Shown here: positions 35,555 to 48,105 of the stretch, piece after piece
Position numbering within the stretch: position 1 is the stretch's first letter
Layout: each line of letters opens with the position of its first letter
Assembly (NCBI RefSeq): GCF_000143415.4
Contig: NW_003314261.1
Coordinates: forward strand, 1,165,674-1,229,673
DNA: 64,000 bases
Origin: Selaginella moellendorffii
Taxonomy: Eukaryota; Plantae; Lycopodiophyta
Direction of reading: 5' to 3'
Program-made: the position numbers and the translations under genes
Notes under the pieces: generated by a model
The model's input: only the letters and a program-made list of their open reading frames with translations
Databases searched by the model: none
Told to the model about the DNA's origin: nothing

Positions 35555-38500
35555 TGTAGCACACGTGGTTTTGACCCTTTATCCTATGGTGATTTACCAT
35601 AGGATAACACCACGAAGCGGAACCTAAACCCTCTTTGTGCCACGTGACAGATGCCACGTGTCACATACCACATGTCCGTGCCACGTGTCCATAGGAACCC
35701 GAGGTTCAGGGCCTTGGGCCACTGAACAAAGGAACGGTGCCAAACTCCCAAGCGTGATGCCAAGGAGTGATGGAACCGGACCACGGAGCAACTCCCGAGC
35801 ATATAGCCCAAGGAGCGAAGGGACGGGGGCCCGGAGCGACTTGGAACAGTCCTAGAGCAACCAGCATCCCAATGCCAGGACCAGCACGCAAAACGGAGCC
35901 AAACAGAGTCTGGCACTATTTCGGCATACCGGTGGCCTAACGCGAGGATATGGGTACTCCACCAACTAGCATGGAATGGAACTTGGGCTTAGACCCAAGC
36001 CGGACGCAGAACAAGGACAGGCACGCAAGCGGGAGCTAGACTATGCCTCAGGTTGGTCGGCCATGCCCGGCCTACCCACTATCCCTACTATACATTTGGA
36101 ACCCCCCACAGCCCCCCCCCCTTGAGGAACACACGCTTTGGGCTTTCACCCCAAGCCTCCCTTAGTATCAGGAGTTAGTCTCTGGAACAAGCTCGAAACT
36201 TACTAAATATGGAATGTCCTTAGATTGCGAATTTGGACACGGGACGAACACCATTGTGTTCAAGCCGATCTCCACATTCCGTAGATATGCCAAATGAGCA
36301 AATCTGGACACTTTCCATAAATAGTATTTGGGACCGAAATGAGACTAACACAAAGGGCATGATAGCGAGGGTGTTTGGCAGACACGGTAAGCTATCATCT
36401 AGCGATGTTGAGGGACCAATCTCAATATCGCGGGGGTTCTTGATACTAGCAAGTGCAAGCCAATGACTCAAGTTTCTCAAACTAGGCCGAGTATGCTCAG
36501 CAAGAAACACATAGGGTTCCTACCTTATGTTTATCCAATCTAAGTGCATGGTCATTGACCAGTTTCTCAACTAGCTCAAGTGGGAAACTGATAACGGGTC
36601 CAACAATACCGACCTCCTGCCATCGTGGCAGTAAGGTAAGAGTGTCCGTAAGGACTAGCCGACAGGTAACTTTCGATACCCGAAGTCACATGCGCGACAC
36701 TCTCCCCCCCTTGGGAAGATCGACGTCCTCGTCGATGCATACTCCAGTCTAGAATACCGCCAAGGAAACAACTCCAAAAAGTTCACGGTACTCACACTAT
36801 GTGAGAAATGCACCAACTTAAATGAGTTAAGGGGGCAACCTCTTTGTCTAATGCGGATGCGCTACCAGCTCAGACACCTTCCGGCCGTCGCCGACAAGGA
36901 AATGACCAATAGAATCAGCCACCCTTGCTGCTCTGGGTGTCACCCAGCTACAAAAGTGTGATATGCCCTGCCCGCAGAGACATAGAGAGAGAAGCCAGAG
37001 GCCCCAACCTTCCTGAGCAAAGAAACCAAACCCGTCGGTAAGGTTTAGATAGACTACTGTCAACAGGCAGTTTAGAGTTGTTTACACGGTCACGCCCTTT
37101 CACGGAACAAGGAACATCGACAGAGAGGCGGGTTATGTGACCAGTCGACAATAGCTACCCCATGACTAGAGATTTCACCATGCACACGAAGTGCCGAAGC
37201 CAGTCTGCCTATACTGGCCCAAACTCAAAGATCAATATATATGGACATATCAAAGTCATAAACAATGATATCTTAGAGATTTAATTATCAGTGAATAAAG
37301 CTTAGATTAGAACACAAAAGTATTCCAAGTAAGTTATCATCCGATAAACTAGTATTATAGTATAAGAACCACCAAGATCAGCATAATTGGTAAACATAGG
37401 ATGCACCATTAAACAAAATTCAATAGCAAGTATATCATTAAGTAAACTCAATGATAAAATTTAACTATTAAAGATTGCAGATAGCATGCCAAACAACTCA
37501 CAAAACACAACTCAAAGAACACAAAGTATCATTGACTAACAAGCACAATGCTCGCGAATGTATCACCCGAAGGAAATAACATCCAAATCTATCAAAACTA
37601 ACTCGAGCAACAATCAACAGAAGAGAATGAATGTGGTAAGACCAACAAACACTCATGCCTGCTAACTATCACAAAAGCCAATCTGAATAGATCCCAGCCA
37701 ACAATACCAAGGAACTCAAGTTGCCTAAGCAAATGTTAGCAACATCCTACTGATGTCTTAAACCCAAGAGACCAATCCAGAGCAAACCACAAAGAACATG
37801 TGGTATTGCAAAAAGCCAAAAGCCATCAAAGAGAACAACCAACTATCATGAAAGATCGTCAATTAGCCCATCAATGTAGTGATGTATAATCATCGTTGAA
37901 GAAAAAATCTACCATCCCGAAGAATAGCAAATAATTCCAAACCAACAATAATCAAGCAAAACTTGTGATAAGGACAATCAACTACCCTAGATGATAGTCA
38001 ATCATCACCAATGATTGCCAGATGCAAAAACTAACTTCAATCGAAGCTAATGAGCCAAAATGCCTTCCCCAACAACTTCAAACAAATGGAACAATGAGCA
38101 CAAAACTCAAGAACCAAAAGCTCGAAGAAGCCTATAACTAAGTCTTGCCTAATAATGATCACGAGTCTCATAGAAGCTAACTTCAATGCTAAAGAAGAAA
38201 TCATGGTGCAACCCACAATATCTTCCTCAACACATCCATAAGCCAAACTTCATAATGCCAAAGCTAATGAAGAGCATTTCTGCATCAATCCAAAAGCTAA
38301 GCATAGCAAAGTTATGCTTAACAAGTGATCATCAAACGATCCTCCATGAATCCATCTATAGCAAGACGTAACTCACTTCATAACAAGCTCAAAAAGAATC
38401 ATTAATGATTGCTATATTCCGAACTCAAATCCAGCAAGGACTCAACATTCTAATATCGATCACTAACTCTTCTTCTCGTAGAGTTAGCATAGTCCACGAC

Positions 38501-41500
38501 TAAATCACTTTTCAAGGAAAAGCTAAAGCTCAACCCTCTACTAAATAATCTCGTCTAGAACACAACTAACTCAACTTGCCACTCAGTTCGTTTGAACGTC
38601 AACACAGTTGCTAACTAGCAAATGCACGAATGCCAACAACACAAAGCTATAGCCAAATCATCAACACTATATTCATCAAGACTAATGAAACTCAATATCA
38701 ATCCTTGGAAGGATATCTCATTTCACTCAGATCTCAATATCAACAATGTCAATGACAAAGCATCATTTCAATGCCATCAACATCAGGACAAAGCTAGAAG
38801 AAAGCAAGAGTGAATCACCACTCGGAGCTTTCCAGCAACCAAGCTAACCAAAGTCGAAGATACTATACTTAGTATCCGAGACCAATCCTTCAGCAAAACT
38901 CAGTGACAGATAACACATCAACAAGGAGTGAATCACCACATCCAAGACTCAATGAAATCCAACACCACGGACTAAACGTAACCAAATGATATCGACAGAG
39001 ATAGAATCGATATACTAACATAGGAAAGCTATGCAAGTCTAACGACACGATCCTCCGCAACACCATCCGGTAAAGCAAGCCCATCACTGCTAAATCATCA
39101 TCGAGCAAAGCAAGTGTCAATTGTCCTTGATGAAGTCTACAAGTAATCACTAGTCGCAAAGCAACTAACAATCACTCCTCAACTTGCGTTCACAAGACCC
39201 AAACACCAACTCATATCATCGAGTCACATACTCATCCAATATGAACGTAATACCCCAAGTATGAGATAAAAGTTCATAGATAAGCACAAACTAAATGACC
39301 ACTCAAATCCAACTCAACTGTGATAAGCTCACTAGCACACCTAGTCAATAGCTCTGAGCATGCCTTGAAGAGGTTAGCTATGCATGATCAACACTCAGTC
39401 GAAACTAAAGTGAAGACCATGAGATGGACTCATATTGGTACACAACCTCCTCATAGACAAAGCTATAGTACGGGTACCAACATCGCAAACTCAAACAACT
39501 AAATTGGACATCACCATCCCCAGCCAAGGCGCAGGGCCACCAAGACCAAGTCATGATCAGTGAGAGCTCACTACTCTCATAGAGTCTAACGTAATGCGAG
39601 GTGCAACCTGCCACCAAGCACAACGCTACAAAAGAAAGGCACAAGGGTCACCTTTCATAGAAAAGCGCAACAGCCACTTTTCTACACCAACTCTAGACTC
39701 TATCCAACTCAATTGCTTTAGCCCCAAAAGTTAGTATCCCTTTCGGGTCGCATCATACAAACTACCTACTAAGGTCTAAGCCAACCGAAGTCAACTCCAA
39801 CCCCTTCACTAGTTTGTACTGGCTTTCGAAAATGGAATGGTTTTCGAGCAAAGTGACCGATAGATCAGCCATTGAAAAAGCCTAAGAAAATTTGTGGAAA
39901 ACTTTCCATCCTAGAGAAAGAATGACTCTCAGTCCAGAAATGCAAACTTTCACGACTCAAACAACTTCTTCCTACAAACAACTTCACATAGATTCACCTC
40001 AACACAAATTCTCATGACCCATAATATGCTTAAGCATTGAACATCTTTGCCCATTTTTCCGATATCCAACACCGACATCCGCAAAGTGCAAAATGAACAT
40101 CCAAGGCTTGATCACGAAGACCACATCTTCGGATATCCATATTGCACTAACACTCTTCTTCAATCACCTTCAAGATCCAATGTGAAGCCAAAACACTAAC
40201 AAGAAAAATGACATGGAAAATCAAGCTCTAAGGAAAATTCCTCATCACTTGAATCAACAATGCCACTTCCACTAACACAAGTGCTAGCGATGTCAATGCA
40301 TCAACCTCACACCTTCTCCATCCAATAATCTACTCCAAGTGTTAACGGATCAACAGGTGAGCTATAGCAAATGAATGCTACAACCCATTCCCAACACCTT
40401 AGTGGGCAAACCCTCAAGGAAACAAGGTACCAACATAAGCTTAGCATAATGGACCACCATTGAGAATCCAGTCAAGGCTACTACAATGCTACTTCGTGCA
40501 AGTAGACTAGCTTCTCCATCAACCACTTTGGGGTTGATCATCATTTACCCAAGCAACTTCGTAAACACATTGCTCATTATCACATGGATATGATATAAAT
40601 CACAATGACTTGATCATCAATTGAGTAACGCAATGAGCAAGGCTTATGTCATTACTTCAAACGTTCATGTGAATATCAAATGCCAACTCGATTTGACAAA
40701 ATGCAACATAAATGCCACACTCCACCAATAGAGGTTTACGACACCCAACACCACTAACTTTTGTTCACAACACGGACAAGCTCATGCCACTCTCTTTCCG
40801 ACCAAACTCAACACTAATCCAACACCAAGCTACTTCAAGGAGCAATAGCAAGGTTCCCCAGAAAAGAATTGAGCATTGCAACCCAAGTCTTCCAATAGTG
40901 AGTCTAGACAAAAATGGTTTAGTGTTTCACCACTATCCATCCCACAACTCACCATTTGTAAGACCATCATTTCCAACATGCATCAAGGTAGGGACTCTTG
41001 ATTGCATAATGTGAACACAAGCAATGAGTTAACACCTCGTTGCAAATCATCTCTCCAAGAAGAGAAAATGATTTACGTATTTGATCCTCCGTCCTCGATG
41101 ACTCTCTTTTCGGTCTCATCTTTGACCAAACCTCAAGCTTGCTTTCGCACTGCCTTCAGTTCAATCGAAGAAAAGTTTATGAGAGAGCACGGCAATGATT
41201 ACTTGAACCAATAGACTATTCCCTACAGTCTTGACTGATCCAATTATAATCATGCCTAGGAAGGATCCACTAGTGCCGTGCTAAACAGCTACAGACCAGC
41301 CTATTTGCCACTCATAGCAAACCCAGGGAAAGTTTATTTTCACCCATGGTACAAGGAATAACTCATAGAACCACTGGAACCACTCATGGAACCACCGATA
41401 GGCTAACATTAATCCTGCCAACTCAAAGTGCAACCTTGAGTTGCTAATGTGCCTCACTCACGAGCCCAAGCGCAAACTCGTGCTACTGGAACAACTCAAA

Positions 41501-42847
41501 TCCATCTTATGAGCCCAAGAGCAAGCTCACATAATTACGGTACAAGAAGGTAACCGAATCCATACCCAAGGAACGATTGCGAAGTCTTTGCACCCAAACG
41601 TGTACCCACTCGGATCATCGTTTTCATCTCTGCGTATGCAACGAGACTAGTTGCCCAATCTCATTGAATAGTACTCGCTGAGACTCATGCTCCGATACCA
41701 AATGTAGCGCACGTGGTTTTGACCCTTTATCCTATGGTGATTTACCATAGGATAACACCACGAAGCGGAACCTAAACCCTCTTTGTGCCACGTGACAGAT
41801 GCCACGTGTCACATACCACATGTCCGTGCCACGTGTCCATAGGAACCCGAGGTTCAGGGCCTTGGGCCACTGAACAAAGGAACGGTGCCAAACTCCCAAG
41901 CGTGATGCCAAGGAGTGATGGAACCGGACCACGGAGCAACTCCCGAGCATATAGCCCAAGGAGCGAAGGGACGGGGGCCCGGAGCGACTTGGAACAGTCC
42001 TAGAGCAACCAGCATCCCAATGCCAGGACCAGCACGCAAAACGGAGCCAAACAGAGTTTGGCACTATTTCGGCATACCGGTGGCCTAACGTGAGGATATG
42101 GGTACTCCACCAACTAGCATGGAATGGAACTTGGGCTTAGACCCAAGCCGGACGCAGAACAAGGACAGGCACGCAAGCGGGAGCTAGACTATGCCTCAGG
42201 TTGGTCGGCCATGCCCGACCTACCCACTATCCCTACTATACATTTGGAACCCCCCACAGCCCCCCCCCCTTGAGGAACACACGCTTTGGGCTTTCACCCC
42301 AAGCCTCCCTTAGTATCAGGAGTTAGTCTCTGGAACAAGCTCGAAACTTACTAAATATGGAATGTCCTTAGATTGCGAATTTGGACACGGGACGAACACC
42401 ATTGTGTTCAAGCCGATCTCCACATTCCGTAGATATGCCAAATGAGCAAATCTGGACACTTTCCATAAATAGTATTTGGGACCGAAATGAGACTAACACA
42501 AAGGGCATGATAGCGAGGGTGTTTGGCAGACACGGTAAGCTATCATCTAGCGATGTTGAGGGACCAATCTCAATATCGCGGGGGTTCTTGATACTAGCAA
42601 GTGCAAGCCAATGACTCAAGTTTCTCAAACCAGGCCGAGTATGCTCAGCAAGAAACACATAGGGTTCCTACCTTATGTTTATCCAATCTAAGTGCATGGT
42701 CATTGACCAGTTTCTCAACTAGCTCAAGTGGGAAACTGATAACGGGTCCAACAATACCGACCTCCTGCCATCGTGGCAGTAAGGTAAGAGTGTCCGTAAG
42801 GACTAGCCGACAGGTAACTTTCGATACCCGAAGTCACATGCGCGACA
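35555..42847 (-). mobile_element. Element B: complete young non-autonomous LTR retrotransposon (LARD-like, decayed interior) inserted in the RT of A
   Basis: 1145-bp LTRs 35555-36699 and 41703-42847 with about 5 differences seen. TSD ATATC, iMet PBS (TGGTATCGGAGCA on minus, about 41688-41700), PPT AAGGGGGGGAGAG 36700-36712. The 5-kb interior has no ORF above 100 aa. Confidence 0.93.
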
Positions 42848-45800
42848 ATATCGGAAAGAACCTCATCCATCATCTGCTAGAAAGTTGCTAGAGCATTGTT
42901 CAAACCAAACGGCATCACCAAGAACTCGTACAAACCAAATGGTGTACGAAAAATAGTCTTAGAAATATCTTCTTCGGCCATCGGTACTTGCCAGTACCCA
43001 GAAGCAAGATCTAACTTGGTGAACCAACGACTTCGCCCCAGACGATCCAAGAGATCAACAGTGTGAGGAAGAGGGTACACATCCGAGATCGTCACTTTGT
43101 TTAACAGACAATAGTTGATGCAGAAATGAATACTCCCATTAGGCTTCGTCACAAGATGAGGTTCACATGCCCAAGGACTTTGAGACTTCTGAATAACACC
43201 CTTCTCTAACATTTCTTTGACGTTTGCACGTAAAATTTTGATCTCCTTGGGTGACCGATGATGAATAGGAACCTTGATTGGACGAGCATTCCCAGTTGGA
43301 ATCAGATGACGTGTGACAATCTTGGCCCTAGATGATAGGTCAAATTCAAAGAGATCAAAATACTCATTCATGAGCCGGTCAACCACTGCAACACAAAGAC
43401 TGTCGGAGGGATCGGAAAAAGGAAGAGTAGAATAAGATGGAAACACAGGAGGAAATAGTGGGGGAATAAAAGTAATGGAAGTAGAGGTAGAAGTAGAGGG
43501 ACGAAGAGGTACGAAAGTGAGAGGAATGGATGAAACATAAGGAAGTATGAAATAAGGGGGAGAAGCTTCAAAGTCACACTTAGCATGGTTGCGCTGCAAC
43601 CAATTCATACCAAGAATGAGGTCAAAATCTTGACTCGGCACCACCCACAACGACTGCAACTCAAATTCGAGATTGCCCACATGCATAACCAAGTCTGCCT
43701 CATCTCGCGCACATGCATATGTACAGCCATTGCCATAAAGAATGAAAACTAGTTCCGCCGCACGACACAAGTGTAGATGACAATGTGTGGCAACAGGTCA
43801 AGCAATAGAAGATAAACTTGAATCTGTATCAACAAACACAGAGAGAATAATAAAAGACCTATTGTTATAAAAACGAACTTGGAAAGTAAACATTGGATGA
43901 ACCAGTGCTGAGTGAACCCCTTGATGATACTCTCGAAAGAAAGATGGAGGGGTCACTAACTTATTCGTGCAAGGTCCCTCCATTACTCACGCAACTCCTC
44001 GTTTCCCGGATGCACCTCGGTGTCCAAACCTTCCACTACAGTAGCACCAACGGAACGTTGCTGATGCCAACGTCTCCACCTAGGAAATGGAGGTTGCCAA
44101 TCTGGAAAACGCCGACAACGCCGATAAGTATGACCAACTTCATCACACGCCCAGCAACGAACATCACGGCCACGACCACGTCCTCGCCCTTGTCTTTGGA
44201 CTTGAGCAGCAGTAGCATCAACCTCCATTGGAACAGGACCATCACTCATAGGAAGTGGAGCTGAAGGACGTGTAACAAGAAGTGGAACAGGTGACGTCTC
44301 ATAATGTTGTATCAAGTGAAGAGCATCGTCAAGGTTGGCAAGAGCAAGTGCATGCACAAGTCCAACAAAATCTTGACGAAGTGCTAGCCACAACATTCCT
44401 AGATTGATCCGCTCTGACATATTGGGCTTCGCAAGAAGCAAAAGACTTTGGAAATGAACACCAAATTGCATCATCGACTCAGATAGCCCTTGGCAAAGAT
44501 GATGGAATTATTAAAAAGCATCATCACAATTGTCGGCATGTCTAAAGGCGCGTTTGAAGATGTCCGAGTGAACACTCCAATCCCTACGAGTGGCTGCACT
44601 CAAACCATTATACCACTGCAATGCCATCCCTTGGAGACACGTGGGAAACTCACGCAAACATCGAGCATCATCCCAAGAATGATATGTGGCAATCACCTTG
44701 AAGTGATCAAAACAATGGTACACATCATCCCTAGATTTCTCGCGAAAAAAATCCTGCCAAACGCGAGGATTCGCACCAAGAGCAGGAGGAGTTGTACCAC
44801 GTGCTGTGAATGTCGCCATCAATTGAGTTTGGTTGTTCAATTCCAAGTGCATAGCATCAAGCAATTGGACCAACTGCTGCTCTAAAGTCAAAGGAAAAGT
44901 TGCTAATCTGCCATGAAGATGAATGAAAAAGAAAGAGCAAAAGAAGAGAAATGACAAAAAGCTAGAAAGAAATAGTAGATCTAGACAATGCAAAAAGCTA
45001 AATCTAAACCAAAATCCTAAAAAGGAAGAATAAAAAAAGGAAATGGAAAAAACTAGATCTAAACGATGCAAAAGTTACATCTAAACAAAAATCCCAAATT
45101 CAAGCACTTCTTATGGACAATCAAAGGTGCCCCTCACTTCCACTAATGTGTGTGCTTGGAATATGGAAATATAGAAAATGTGCATATCAATTAGCCCAAA
45201 AACCTTAGTTTATATATAGGAGCGAGTGGTCTGGATTGAAATCAATGCGACGGGTACCAAAATCCCACTACGCTAATATTAGTATACGACATCATAGCCG
45301 TACACTTGGCCCTCACAAGTAAATATTAATTTAAAAATAATTTTATTTAATAAAAATGTTATTTGAAAAAATACAAAAATGTGTTATATTAATATAACTG
45401 ATATAATATATCTCCAAAGAAAGACCATAAGTATAACTTTAACTCCTTAATTGAAGCATAATCTCTGACTACTTCAAGTGTGTATAAGAAATTAATCAAA
45501 GAAATCACCTTTATATTGGAACTAAAGAGCAGTGTTAATGAATATGGATTTTAATTGAAGTGGTATAAACTTAATTAATTAGTGTATTAAACTAATTGAT
45601 GTAATAAATATGAAATAATTAATTGATAAATGAATTTTGTTGTATATGTTCTAAGATTGTTTAAAATAAGATATGGACTCAATACTTTTATTTTTATTTA
45701 TATTATGAAAACTAATTACATTTAGTTAAAATAGTTTAATTGAATTTCTTGATGGTAATACATTAATAGTGAAGGTTCACATACATAACTTAGTTTTATT

Positions 45801-47837
45801 AGTGATATATTTTAAATTTTATATTAAAGTTTGTTTTAATTTTGTGTAACCTATATTAAAAATACTTTAAAATTTTACTATATTTATATGAATAAAATTT
45901 ATAGTAAATTTAGATTACAGTAGTATACTAGTATATAATTTACATTTATATTTAGTTATTTATTATTTTTATTTTTACATGAAAAACATAAATTTCAAAG
46001 AGTAGTTGAAAAATTTATAAATACTCAATATAGAAACCTTATTATATACATATTTAAATATTTTTTCCAGCTGAAATTTATATTTATAAATGTATAATTA
46101 AACTGAGATGGAAACCTTGAGTAGCATTTATACTTATAAATTATTTATTTTGTATATTTTAAAATTATATTGATTAAAAAAATTAAAATTTAATTTAATT
46201 TTTATTTATTATAATGTAAAATTTGAAAACCTTCTATTGATATTATTTTTATTGTGTTGGTTTCTAAAAACTACATATATAATTAGTTTAAATTATAAAG
46301 CTTTTTGTGGTGACAATAGAAGTATAAAAATAACTATATTCAATAAAAAATTTTATTGCATTCTCTTAATGTTTATTAAACATATTTTATTTTTCCAGCT
46401 CAACAATATCTTTTAAATTATATAACTTAGTGTATCTATTTTATGATTAAACTTTAAAAATTCTAGATTTAATAAAACAATTAAAAACTGTCATTTAATA
46501 GATTTTTCACATGCACTATCTCTCAAGCTCAAGAAATGGTAGATGAGTTGTACATAACACACCCTTTTCAGCACAGAACACCAGCATTTGTCCATACTAA
46601 AGTCAAGGAAAGTGGTGTCTTTGGCCGAGCATTGGACTTCTTAAGGAGGTTTAAAAGAACATTTTTTATTAGGAAAAGCATATTGAAACACATATATAGC
46701 AACATTCTTGAATCCATTTCATGCTTGATAAACTTTTCATGCAACTTGCAATAGGATATATCTAGAGCGACTTATCCTTGTTCACATGTTCACAACCCCA
46801 TGAAATGGTTTGCCATTTGGATAAAAAAAACACATGGTTACAATGATAGCTACTAGGTTCTGGATAACCCTCTCATCCTCCAATAATGTTATTCCATATG
46901 TCTGCTAACAGTCTCACCACAGCCCATTAAAGCCATTCCTTAGGCACAGGCTCACTCATTCCCTCCCAAATGTGCTGGCCGGGCTAATGCCCGACTTGCT
47001 TGTTCTGGGCAGGAACATGCTCACCCTACTGGGGAACTCTTTCTTCGCAGGTTGTGGCTCACCCATTAACTTAATCTAGCCATTGGCAACCATTGGATCA
47101 AGTCAGGAGAACATGGTTGACAACTGCCAAGTTCTCGAAAACTCGGCTGCTAGCTGCTAGGTGAACCTTCTCATCCTCAAATAATATTATGCCATGAGTC
47201 TGTTAATGGTCTTGCCACAACCCATTAAGGCCAGGCATGGCTTGCTCGTTTCCTTCAGAACACGCTCGCTGGGTTCGCCCATTCTGGGCAGGAACATGCT
47301 TGCCCTACCTGGGAACTCCTTCCCATCTCTAACCACAAAGGCTGATTCCCACATTATATGATGCTAAAGTGTGCCGCACACAGAGACTGGTAGATACGTG
47401 GATCGCAACCCAGCGGATTCACAGTGGAGAGGTAAATCTTATATTTAACTGCTCCAACTGTTCTGTCTTCAAGCAATTTTTGGGGTGCTTGTGCCACCCA
47501 CCACCTGTTGTCCAGTTTTTGATCCAGCCACCATCTTCCATTTCGTTCATACATTTGTCTTGGAGAGTTTAGTATGTAGAGCCAGTTTGATTCCACCACC
47601 AAAAGACAATTTCACAAATAACAAAGTTCACTATCCAATCAAAAATAATTTTTGCACTATGATTTCCTTTACATTATATTTCATTGTCGAAAACCTGGAC
47701 AAGCACTGTAAACCTACGTCATGGTTTTGCATCAGCTCTTCTAATGCGGTTTAATAATTTACTCTTAAAAATTAATAAGGTAGTTAAGACCACGGATTAG
47801 GGCTTTTTGTCCTTTTGAAATTTCTAACGAGCGATCG

Positions 47838-48071
47838 ATGGCGGCCAGGGCGGCCTCGCGGCAGGCCCCCAGCAGCAGGGATTCCTCTCGAGCTGGCTCG
47901 ATGGTGGACGACGTCGAGGCGGAATACATCCGGGAAGTGATGAAGAGGAGGCGCTCCAGCAAAGAATTGAGAATGCCGGCTGCAATGGCGCTGGGCGACT
48001 CGGGCGTGCCGGAGTTCCAAGCGCGCCTCCTGGTAAGCTCTCGATTTCGAGCAGATTTTGGATCGATCGAT

Positions 48072-48105
<34 letters not shown>

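Larger units (their letters stand above)
28125..45317 (-). mobile_element. Element A: Ty3/Gypsy non-chromovirus LTR retrotransposon with short LTRs (28125-28300, 45147-45317), degenerate, host of elements B, C and D
   Basis: TG...CA termini flanked by AGTA on both sides. Gag (WYNGL; CCHC knuckle CWACDEVGHTYRRC) about 44885-44000; protease/RT about 43900-42853; RT/RNaseH/IN 35549-33763; IN end 28869-28440. Stops and frameshifts present. Confidence 0.88.

Noticed and set aside
35584-36752. Duplicated 60-110 aa ORFs (also 41732-42891, 56088-57141)
   Set aside because: They lie inside LTR copies and show no protein motifs.
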